A DNA stretch of 36,880 nucleotides from a candidate division WOR-3 bacterium (GTDB taxonomy: Bacteria > Hydrothermota > Hydrothermia > B15-G9 > WFZT01), in contig JALUEE010000073.1 in assembly GCA_027053075.1 (NCBI GenBank), forward strand, positions 1 to 36,880. Direction: 5' to 3'. How positions within the stretch are numbered: position 1 is the first letter of the stretch; each line of letters begins with the position of its first letter. A program made the translations under genes and the position numbers. This document shows, piece after piece, positions 27,689 to 35,225 of this stretch. A model generated the notes under the pieces. The model did no database searches, had not been told where the DNA came from, and saw nothing but the letters and a program-made list of their open reading frames with translations.

Positions 27689-28725
27689 TGATAAATAACT
27701 ATCTTGTCCCTGATTTCAGGCTTGGAGAGCCCAAAACTAATTCCATAGGCTATTATCCTGAGGTTTGTTACCTCAGATTCCTTTGAGAAAATGTACGATG
27801 CACCTATGCCAATTCCAAGGGGGTCTCCTCTCTTTAAATTGATCACACTTTCCACCTCAAGCTTTTCGAGGTGTCTCTCAAAATCTGTGATGGAGTCGAT
27901 CTTCCGGCCCTCTCTCAAAATTTTGCCATAAGGAGTATTGGCAATCACAGAGTAGCCTTCTTCGAGAGTGCTTGCATTTTCGAGGCTCTTTAGCACACTC
28001 TTTGAGAGTGTTCCATTGCTTAGATAATGAATTCGACCAAGCGGTTTAATTCCGTCTTTAAGCATTATCAGGGTGGCTATGATATTTCGGATGTCTATCA
28101 ATCTTCTTAGGACACCTGCCACAATCCTGTCATTTTCGTCGTTTTCATTAAGCTGTGAAAGTGCCCATGAATAAAATGATTCTTCGATCAGATACTCGGC
28201 AAGGTGCAGGTTCTTTTCTCTCACCGCACGCACGAGGTCACGAGTGATGGAGAGTGGCAGCTCAATACTCCAGGTTGCAATGGTGTCAATTATTTCCGCT
28301 GCATCTTTTGCTGTAACGAGCTCGTTCAGTCGGGCTCTATCAAAGATAAACGCAGGCACCAGAGAGTTTCTGATGTCTCTTTCCGGTATGTTTTGAATCT
28401 TCCCGCGGATAAGTATCAGGAGGTTTTCAATGTCGTACCGCATAAGGAGAATCTGGAAGAGCTTTTTGGGATTGCCTGATGAGATTTTGAGAATTTTTTT
28501 AAAGGTACTCTCAAGGTCTTCTCTCAGGGCCTGGATAAATGCATCCATCAAATTTTCGCTTTTGGGCATTCTTGCGAGAACAGCTCCGTACTGGGTGTTT
28601 TTTAGAACAGATATCATGGAGTCGAGGTCGGGCTGATTTAATAGCTCGTTGTAAACCCTCTCGTCCAGCAATCTGGATTTCATTCCTCTAATACGCGCAT
28701 TTATATAACCGTAGTCGTCAACCAT
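27685..28725 (-). CDS. ntpC: V/A-type ATP synthase subunit C (orphan)
   Basis: YGYINARIRGMKSRLL, RYDIENL and KESEVTNLRIIAYG motifs; start reassigned to ATG 28725. Confidence 0.9.
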   Translation of the reverse strand: MVDDYGYINARIRGMKSRLLDERVYNELLNQPDLDSMISVLKNTQYGAVLARMPKSENLMDAFIQALREDLESTFKKILKISSGNPKKLFQILLMRYDIENLLILIRGKIQNIPERDIRNSLVPAFIFDRARLNELVTAKDAAEIIDTIATWSIELPLSITRDLVRAVREKNLHLAEYLIEESFYSWALSQLNENDENDRIVAGVLRRLIDIRNIIATLIMLKDGIKPLGRIHYLSNGTLSKSVLKSLENASTLEEGYSVIANTPYGKILREGRKIDSITDFERHLEKLEVESVINLKRGDPLGIGIGASYIFSKESEVTNLRIIAYGISFGLSKPEIRDKIVIYQ

Positions 28726-28732
28726 ACCATGT

Positions 28733-28761
28733 ATTTTAATATGCTGACAAATATCTGTCAA
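28733..28761 (-). promoter_or_regulatory. Sigma70 promoter of the ntpC operon, leaderless, overlapped by TGACA-N6-TGTCA palindrome
   Basis: Minus strand TTGACA(28761-28756)-17 nt-TAAAAT(28738-28733), 7 nt to ATG. Confidence 0.72.
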
Positions 28762-28770
28762 TTTAAGGAG

Positions 28771-28890
28771 AGCTTGTTTGAAAATGTAGCCACCTCCCAT
28801 CCTCCCCAGCGCACTACGTGAGTGGGGGAGGAGACAGGTGGGGAAATTCTTAGAAAAATTCCAAATAAATTGAAATTTTTCGAACAGACT
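28771..28890. mobile_element. Putative MITE (120 bp) with a degenerate BoxC-like hairpin
   Basis: Ends AGCTTGTTTGAAAAT and (reverse complement) AGTCTGTTCGAAAAAT; exact 11-bp flanking direct repeat AATTTAAGGAG (28760-28770, 28891-28901). Confidence 0.6.
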
Positions 28891-28986
28891 AATTTAAGGA
28901 GATGCTTGTTCGAATACATTGTACTCCTGCAAGGATGGTGTTTAGGAATATTTACTTGAAACTTTTTAATCAGTTACTTTTTAAAG

Positions 28987-29025
28987 GTGTGGGGGGCCAC
29001 TCGCGGAGCGAGTGGCCCCCCACAC
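28987..29025. repeat. Perfect 18-bp inverted repeat with GGA triloop (REP-like, possible terminator)
   Basis: GTGTGGGGGGCCACTCGC-GGA-GCGAGTGGCCCCCCACAC, 6 nt past the stop of 29032-29217. Confidence 0.8.
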
Positions 29026-29031
29026 AAAAAC

Positions 29032-29217
29032 TCACGACGTCCCGGGCATCTTAATTAAACATCTTCCCCACAGGGCTGTACCGAGAAGAAACAGTCCTAC
29101 AACCGTTAATCCCGTGTGCCAGGGCTGTTTCAAAATATTCACACCCAGAACGAGGATGATAAACCCAACCGTTCCTCTTAGCCATCTATGACCTGAACTC
29201 TGCCTGTAAAGTCTCAT
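29032..29217 (-). CDS. Small two-TM protein, DUF2892/YgaP-like
   Basis: R.LR..VG...W...VG...L.TALWG.C pattern; ATGA overlap with the ligase stop. Confidence 0.7.
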   Translation of the reverse strand: MRLYRQSSGHRWLRGTVGFIILVLGVNILKQPWHTGLTVVGLFLLGTALWGRCLIKMPGTS

Positions 29218-30821
29218 CCGCTAAATCTCTCCTTAAGAACCTTTTTGTCTATCTTACCCACACTTGTTTTGGGCAGTGAATCGAGGAAATATATGCTATC
29301 CGGCACTGCCCACTTGGTAATTGTACCATCTTCCACGAATTTCATCAAATGTTTCTTGAGGTCATCTTCGGTGACCTTCCCTTTATATTCGGGCTTCAAT
29401 ACAACAAGTGCAAGTGGACGCTCATCCCATCTTTCATCTGAGATACCAATCACGGCTGCCTCTTCTACGGCCTCATGGAGACTTAATAGGTTTTCAAGTG
29501 TGAGCGAGGATATCCATTCACCACCACTCTTTATAACGTCCTTTAATCTGTCTTTGATGGTCACGTAGCCGTATTCATCGATAACGGCAACATCTTTGGT
29601 GTGCAGCCATCCGCCTCTCCAGAGTTCCTCAGTCTTCTCCGGGTCTTTGAGATATTCAGGGGTAAGCCATGGGGTTCTAACGACAATTTCTCCCATATCC
29701 TTGCCATCAGGTTTAACATCTGTCATGTCTTCGTGAACCACACGGAGCTGAACGAGGGGGACGGGTATGCCTGTTTTTATCTTGTAATCAAACTTCTTTT
29801 CAGGATCAAATTTAGCCACATCCTTTGTAAAGTTGGCAATAGTCAAAACAGGGGCCGTTTCAGAAAGCCCATATCCTGCGACAACAATTATGCCTTTTTT
29901 CTCTGCCTGTAATGCGAGACCCTTGGGCAGTTTCGCACCTCCTATAACAACCTTCCATCCCGGCAACTTTACGCCCTCTGGAATTGCATTCACGATCATC
30001 TGAAGAATGGTGGGGACGCAATGGGTGAATGTTACCTTTTCCTCTAAAACGAGTTTCATAATCATCTGGGGTTCATATCTGCCTGGATATACCTGCTTGG
30101 CCCCAAGAAGTGTGGCGAGATATGGGACGCCCCACGCATGTACATGAAACATGGGGGTGAGTGGCATATAAACATCCTGCGTGGTGAAAGGTGCATCTGA
30201 GATGAAGGCTGATTGGTTGAGTCCAAGGGCGAGGGTGTGAAGGACCAGCTGTCTATGAGTAAAATACACACCCTTAGGCTTGCCGGTTGTCCCCGTGGTG
30301 TATCCAAGGGTGGCTACAGTATCTTCCTCCAGCTCAGGGAATTCGAAGTTTTCATCACCAGTTTTAAGAAATTCCTCATATTCCATGTCAGTGAGAGGTG
30401 TCTCCGGCATTTCATCGTCTGTAAGGACTATATATTTCTTTATTCGCGGAAGTTTGTCCTTTGCCTGTTCCACAAGAGGAAGAAAGTCTTTATTAACGAA
30501 CATAAATTCATCCTCGGCATGGTTGAGGATGTAAAGAATGTCTGCAGGGGCAAGTCGGACGTTAACATTGTGAAGCGTGGCACCTACGATGAGGACTGCA
30601 AAATAAAGCTCGAGGTATCGGTGGGAATCCCATTCGAGGACAGCAACTTTTGTCCCCTTTTTAACGCCCATCTTAACCAGAGCTGAGGCGAGCTTATGTA
30701 CTCTCCTGTTGAAATCTTTGTAGGTATGGCGAACAAGGTCACGATAAACAATTTCCTCATTTGGAGCATACCTTACACCATGCTCCAGCAGGTGTTTGAT
30801 CTGTAAGTTAAATTTATACAT
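29214..30821 (-). CDS. Medium/long-chain fatty-acid--CoA ligase
   Basis: YTTGTTGKPKG, GYGLSET, DRLKDVIKSGGEWISS and PKTSVGK motifs; GGAGG SD. Confidence 0.95.
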   Translation of the reverse strand: MYKFNLQIKHLLEHGVRYAPNEEIVYRDLVRHTYKDFNRRVHKLASALVKMGVKKGTKVAVLEWDSHRYLELYFAVLIVGATLHNVNVRLAPADILYILNHAEDEFMFVNKDFLPLVEQAKDKLPRIKKYIVLTDDEMPETPLTDMEYEEFLKTGDENFEFPELEEDTVATLGYTTGTTGKPKGVYFTHRQLVLHTLALGLNQSAFISDAPFTTQDVYMPLTPMFHVHAWGVPYLATLLGAKQVYPGRYEPQMIMKLVLEEKVTFTHCVPTILQMIVNAIPEGVKLPGWKVVIGGAKLPKGLALQAEKKGIIVVAGYGLSETAPVLTIANFTKDVAKFDPEKKFDYKIKTGIPVPLVQLRVVHEDMTDVKPDGKDMGEIVVRTPWLTPEYLKDPEKTEELWRGGWLHTKDVAVIDEYGYVTIKDRLKDVIKSGGEWISSLTLENLLSLHEAVEEAAVIGISDERWDERPLALVVLKPEYKGKVTEDDLKKHLMKFVEDGTITKWAVPDSIYFLDSLPKTSVGKIDKKVLKERFSG

Positions 30822-30857
30822 AGGTCTAACCTCCGTTTTTTCAAAGAACTTAATCCT

Positions 30858-30886
30858 ATTTTAACAACCATGATTTGAAAATTCAA
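30858..30886 (-). promoter_or_regulatory. Sigma70 promoter of the acyl-CoA ligase
   Basis: Minus strand TTGAAT-17 nt-TAAAAT with TG extension. Confidence 0.6.
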
Positions 30887-30895
30887 ACAAGTTTA

Positions 30896-31174
30896 AATGC
30901 CCCCTCCCTCACCCTCCCCCGCGCAAAGCGCGGGGGAGGGCAAAGATTTTTTGCCCCACTGGCTTTGCCTGTGGGGGGAAAGTTCTCTGTAGCTCTGTTG
31001 CATAGGTGTACCACAAGCTTCGCTTGTTAGGAAAGTTCTTCCTTGTGTTTTCTATGACAATTAGCTTGGCCTTCGGACTTAGATTGTAAATACAATCATT
31101 TAGCCTCGCATTCAAAAACTTCCTCTCCCCGCATAAATTCTCTGCGGCGAGAGGCAAGGTGAGGGGTTACATCT
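30896..31174. repeat. Composite repeat element (L hairpin - conserved core - inverted R hairpin), copy 2
   Basis: Perfect 13-bp L stem 30912-30940, extra hairpin near 30954-30976, core shared with 11458-11673, R unit ending GGGGTTACATCT. Confidence 0.9.
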
Positions 31175-31390
31175 GAAAACTTCGATCAAAAAAATTTATG
31201 AGTCTCCCTCTCCCTATTTGCGGCGTGGAAGTGTCTATCAAGATAGCTTGGAAAGTTTAGTAGATGTCCCTCTCTCAACTCTTGTTCATTGGAAAAAGAT
31301 TAAACCATGTGTGCTTTATTCACTCGCGCAACCACAGGGAGTGAAAAATCGAGGAGACAATTCCTGGCAATTCCGGATCTGTTCAAAAGG

Positions 31391-31993
31391 TTAATATTTG
31401 GTGTGTGACTGCAGGAGCCTCTCTACATACTTCCCAATGATGTCAAATTCGATGTTCAGCGGGTCTCCGACTTTTTTTAAATAAAAGTTCGTTACCTTAA
31501 GGGTCTCGGGGATGAGCTGGACTGTGAAACCATCAGGCTCAAGCTCATTTACCGTTAACGAAACCCCGTCCACGGCAATTGACCCCTTTTTCACGACGTA
31601 TTTCATAAAATTCTGGGGAATTTCACCGATTCTCCACATGACTGAATCCCGGAAGCGTCGAATCTCTTCCAATTTTGCAACTGTATCAACATGTCCCTGA
31701 ACAATATGGCCACCGAGGCGGTCTCCTGCCCTTAAGGCACGCTCGAGATTGACAACCTGACCCACCTTCAATGACTTTCCAAATTTTGATACCTGGAGTG
31801 TTTCCCGGGACAGATACACCTTGAAACTTTTTTGATTCGCCTCTTCTACGGTGAGGCAAACACCGTCAACAGAGATAGACTCTCCCCTCCTGAGCTCCCC
31901 CGAAATTTCGGTTGAAATTAAAAGCCTGCGACCATCTGGAACACTCTGGATTGAGACGATTTTTCCGGTGGTTTCTACAAGCCCGGTAAACAT
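31391..31993 (-). CDS. ribE: Riboflavin synthase (alpha chain)
   Basis: N-terminal MFTG, SISVDGVCLTV, NLERA, GGHIVQGHVD and KGSIAVDGVSLTV. Confidence 0.97.
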   Translation of the reverse strand: MFTGLVETTGKIVSIQSVPDGRRLLISTEISGELRRGESISVDGVCLTVEEANQKSFKVYLSRETLQVSKFGKSLKVGQVVNLERALRAGDRLGGHIVQGHVDTVAKLEEIRRFRDSVMWRIGEIPQNFMKYVVKKGSIAVDGVSLTVNELEPDGFTVQLIPETLKVTNFYLKKVGDPLNIEFDIIGKYVERLLQSHTKY

Positions 31994-33183
31994 TATTCCC
32001 AGAGTTTCATGGCTCTGCGGACATCTGCGAAGGTTTTACTCGTTACCTCAGTTGCTTTCCTTGACCCTTCTTTCAGAATGTCCACCACCAGGCTTTTGTC
32101 TTTCTCGTACATAGCCCTCTTTTCACGGAAGGGCTCAAGGTACGCTATCATTTTTTCAGCAAGGTTGCGTTTGCAGGCCACACACCCAAGCTGTCCTTTC
32201 TCGCAGGCCGTTTTGATTTCAGGCACCTCTTCTTTGTTGAACAACTTATGAAGAGTAAATACCGGGCATTGCTCCGGATGCCCGGGGTCTCCCTTTCTGA
32301 CCTTGAGCGGGTCGGTGTACATACGGGAAACCTTCTCGCGAATACTTTCAGGTGGCTCTGCAATTTCGATGGAATTTCCGTAAGATTTGGACATTTTTCT
32401 GCCATCAATTCCCGGAACCTTGGGAATTTCGGCAATTAAAGGCTCTGGAACGGGGAAGACCTCTCCGTAAAGTGAATTGAATTTCCTTGCGAGCTCACGT
32501 GTGAGCTCAAGATGTGGAAGCTGATCTTCCCCCACAGGTACATATTTTGCTTTGTAAATCAATATATCCGCTGCCTGGAGCACAGGATACCCAAGAAATC
32601 CATAGTTAACGAGGGAACCGTACGGCAATTCTTCCTGTTCCTCCTCCTGGAGGGCTTTTTTGAAGGATTCAAGGAAGCTTTTCTGAAGTTCTGAGCGAAG
32701 ATAGGCAATGAAGTCGAGGTCAAATCCGCGCTCGCCATTTTTAAGCTCTTTTACTGCGTTTTCGATAAACACGTCAACTGCATCTTTAATGGCGGTTTTT
32801 AGGACACTCTTTTTGGGTGTTTGTTTCTTAATTCTCAGCTCGGCGACGTATTCTTTAAAGGTTGGATTTCTCAAAAGGCGTGAAAGTGAAACAAGCATAG
32901 AGAGCACAAGATGTAATTCTGCATGCTCTCTCACATGTGATTGCACAAACAAGACAGATTTTTCGGGGTCAATTCCTGCGGAGAGCCAGTCAATTACCAT
33001 GTCAATAATATTGTCCCTGATTTTTGATGTGTCCTGCCATTGGGTGGTGAGTGCGTGCCAGTCTGCGACTTCGTAATAACACTCGTATTTGTCCTGCAGG
33101 TCTCTCCAGTTGTAAAGAACACCGAAAAGATGACCAATATGAAGCCTTCCTGTGGGTCTATTACCGGATAACACTCTGTCCAT
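31993..33183 (-). CDS. trpS: Tryptophan--tRNA ligase with internal insertion and 4-Cys motif
   Basis: HIGH, YPVLQAADIL, VPVGEDQ and KMSKS motifs. Confidence 0.97.
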   Translation of the reverse strand: MDRVLSGNRPTGRLHIGHLFGVLYNWRDLQDKYECYYEVADWHALTTQWQDTSKIRDNIIDMVIDWLSAGIDPEKSVLFVQSHVREHAELHLVLSMLVSLSRLLRNPTFKEYVAELRIKKQTPKKSVLKTAIKDAVDVFIENAVKELKNGERGFDLDFIAYLRSELQKSFLESFKKALQEEEQEELPYGSLVNYGFLGYPVLQAADILIYKAKYVPVGEDQLPHLELTRELARKFNSLYGEVFPVPEPLIAEIPKVPGIDGRKMSKSYGNSIEIAEPPESIREKVSRMYTDPLKVRKGDPGHPEQCPVFTLHKLFNKEEVPEIKTACEKGQLGCVACKRNLAEKMIAYLEPFREKRAMYEKDKSLVVDILKEGSRKATEVTSKTFADVRRAMKLWE

Positions 33184-33280
33184 TTTCTACCTCCATTAAG
33201 GTTCAAAAGATAAAGTAAAAAGGTTAGCTGTTCAACGGAATTTCCACTATACTATTAGCACTTTTAAATGGAGGGAAAAC

Positions 33281-34528
33281 ATGAGTACTATTTCACCAAA
33301 GGAAATGTATTTGAAGCAGTTAGAAAGGGCTGCAAAAATCATGCAGCTCGACGAGGACCTGCTTGAAATTTTGAAACAACCAAAGAGAGTTGTGAGGGTG
33401 TCCATTCCCGTAAAAATGGACAATGGGAAGATAAAAGTTTTTACAGGTTACCGTTGTCAGTACAACGACTTCAGAGGTCCATTTAAGGGAGGAATAAGGT
33501 TTCATCCCGGTGTCACAGAGGATGAGGTCGTTGCGCTGGCTGCATGGATGACCTGGAAGTGTGCGGTTATCGATATCCCATTTGGTGGAGGGAAGGGTGG
33601 TGTTATCTGTGATCCGCGAGAGCTCAGTGAGGGCGAACTCCAGAGACTGACAAGAAGGTTTACCTATACCATTATGCCTATTCTTGGGCCTTCTATCGAC
33701 ATACCAGCTCCGGATGTTTTCACAGGTGAGAAGACCATGGCATGGATCATGGATACCTATTCTGCTTTCAAAGGTTACTCAGAGCCCGGTGTTGTCACAG
33801 GAAAGGCACGTTCTATTGGAGGCTCGAAAGGCAGAAGGGAAGCAACAGGCCGCGGAGTGAGTATTGTTGCCGATGAGACTGCAAAATATTTTGGAGAAAA
33901 AATCGAGGGCATGCGTGTGGCAATTCAGGGCTTCGGAAACGTCGGTTCACACGCTGCTCTATTTATTTCTAAATTGGGTGGCAAAATCGTAGCTGTTTCT
34001 GATGTCTCAGGTGGCCTCTACAACAAGGATGGAATTGATGTAAAGGCCCTGATGGATTACGTGAAGAAGAACAAAGTTATCAACGGTTTCCCGTGGGCAA
34101 AAGAGATTGACGGAGACAAAATTTTCGAGCTTGATGTGGATATGCTAATCCCGGCTGCCCTTGAGGGTGTTATAACACTGGACAATGTTGATAGAATAAA
34201 GGCGAGGTACATTATTGAAGGTGCAAATGGTCCTACAACTCCTGAGGCCGACGAGGTACTCTTCAAAAAAGGAATCCATGTTGTTCCTGACATCCTTGCT
34301 AACTCTGGTGGCGTGCTTGTCTCGTATTTCGAATGGGTACAGAGCAAGCTTGGTTTTTGGTGGGAAGAGGAAGAGGTAAATGATCGTCTTGAGAGGAAGC
34401 TACGCAACGCGACCAGAGAAGTAATCAATATGGCGCATGAGTACGATGTAGACCTCAGGACAGGTGCGATGATACTTGCTTTGAGAAGGATCGAAGAGGT
34501 TTATAAGGAAAGAGAGCTTTTCCCATGA
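33281..34528 (+). CDS. gdhA: Glutamate dehydrogenase (Glu/Leu/Phe/Val family)
   Basis: GPFKGGIRFHP, PFGGGKGG, QGFGNVG, EGANGP and PDILANSGG motifs. Confidence 0.95.
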   Translation: MSTISPKEMYLKQLERAAKIMQLDEDLLEILKQPKRVVRVSIPVKMDNGKIKVFTGYRCQYNDFRGPFKGGIRFHPGVTEDEVVALAAWMTWKCAVIDIPFGGGKGGVICDPRELSEGELQRLTRRFTYTIMPILGPSIDIPAPDVFTGEKTMAWIMDTYSAFKGYSEPGVVTGKARSIGGSKGRREATGRGVSIVADETAKYFGEKIEGMRVAIQGFGNVGSHAALFISKLGGKIVAVSDVSGGLYNKDGIDVKALMDYVKKNKVINGFPWAKEIDGDKIFELDVDMLIPAALEGVITLDNVDRIKARYIIEGANGPTTPEADEVLFKKGIHVVPDILANSGGVLVSYFEWVQSKLGFWWEEEEVNDRLERKLRNATREVINMAHEYDVDLRTGAMILALRRIEEVYKERELFP

Positions 34529-35106
34529 TTGAGAAGATCAGGGAGTCGCTGCTTGAGTCCATCGAAGTAAAGCGGAAAATTCTGGAAGATGATGAGATTT
34601 TGAAGAAAATTTTGAGGGCGGCGGAGATTATCTCCGCCGCCCTCAAAAATAACAAAAAGCTCCTTGCCTGCGGAAATGGTGGCTCCGCTGCTGACGCTCA
34701 GCATATTGTGGCTGAGCTGGTTGTAAAATATTCAATTGAAAGAAAGGCACTTCCTGCCCTTGCGCTGCTTCAGGACCCATCTACTGTAACGGCTGCCTCC
34801 AACGATTTTGGTTATGAACATGTCTTTGAAAGACAGGTTGAGGCACATGGGAGGGAAGGCGACGTTCTCCTTGCCATATCAACTTCTGGAAAATCTCCTA
34901 ACGTGAATTTAGCCGTGAAAAAGGCAAAGGAACAGGGGCTTAAGGTCATTTATCTTACCGGGAAATACACACCACCTGTCGCTGACTTATGTGATGTTTT
35001 GATAAACGTGCCCTCAGAGCAGACCCCAAGAATCCAGGAGTCACATATAACCATAGGGCACATTTTGGTCAACCTTGTTGAGCAAACGCTTTTTAAGGAA
35101 AAGTAG
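34525..35106 (+). CDS. gmhA: D-sedoheptulose-7-phosphate isomerase
   Basis: CGNGGSAADAQH, NDFGY, ISTSGKSPN and TPRIQESH motifs. Confidence 0.95.
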   Translation: MIEKIRESLLESIEVKRKILEDDEILKKILRAAEIISAALKNNKKLLACGNGGSAADAQHIVAELVVKYSIERKALPALALLQDPSTVTAASNDFGYEHVFERQVEAHGREGDVLLAISTSGKSPNVNLAVKKAKEQGLKVIYLTGKYTPPVADLCDVLINVPSEQTPRIQESHITIGHILVNLVEQTLFKEK

Positions 35107-35225
35107 TCCTAAATATTTTTCTGCTACCTGAAGTACACGAAGTCTAATTGGTCATATATTCTTATAAAAATAACAGATGGTGGAAGATGAACAACCTCAA
35201 GTTTCCAAATTCTCGTTGATTTCCT

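Noticed and set aside
28726..28800. N-terminal extensions in the ORF track (ntpC from 28800, hemW from 26802, radical SAM from 20688, PAP2 from 21690)
   Set aside because: They run through promoters, repeats or upstream genes and precede the conserved N-terminal motifs.
32605..32850. TrpRS insertion as an intein
   Set aside because: Too short, and no N-terminal Cys/Ser or C-terminal His-Asn followed by Cys/Ser/Thr.
33184..33280. T-box upstream of trpS or FMN riboswitch for ribE
   Set aside because: The intergenic region is only 97 nt and shared with the divergent gdhA promoter; no T-box or RFN motifs; ribE overlaps trpS.
602..34704. Numerous antisense or overlapping ORFs of 60-200 aa in the ORF track
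   Set aside because: They are shadows of well-supported genes, with no recognisable motifs or SD sites.
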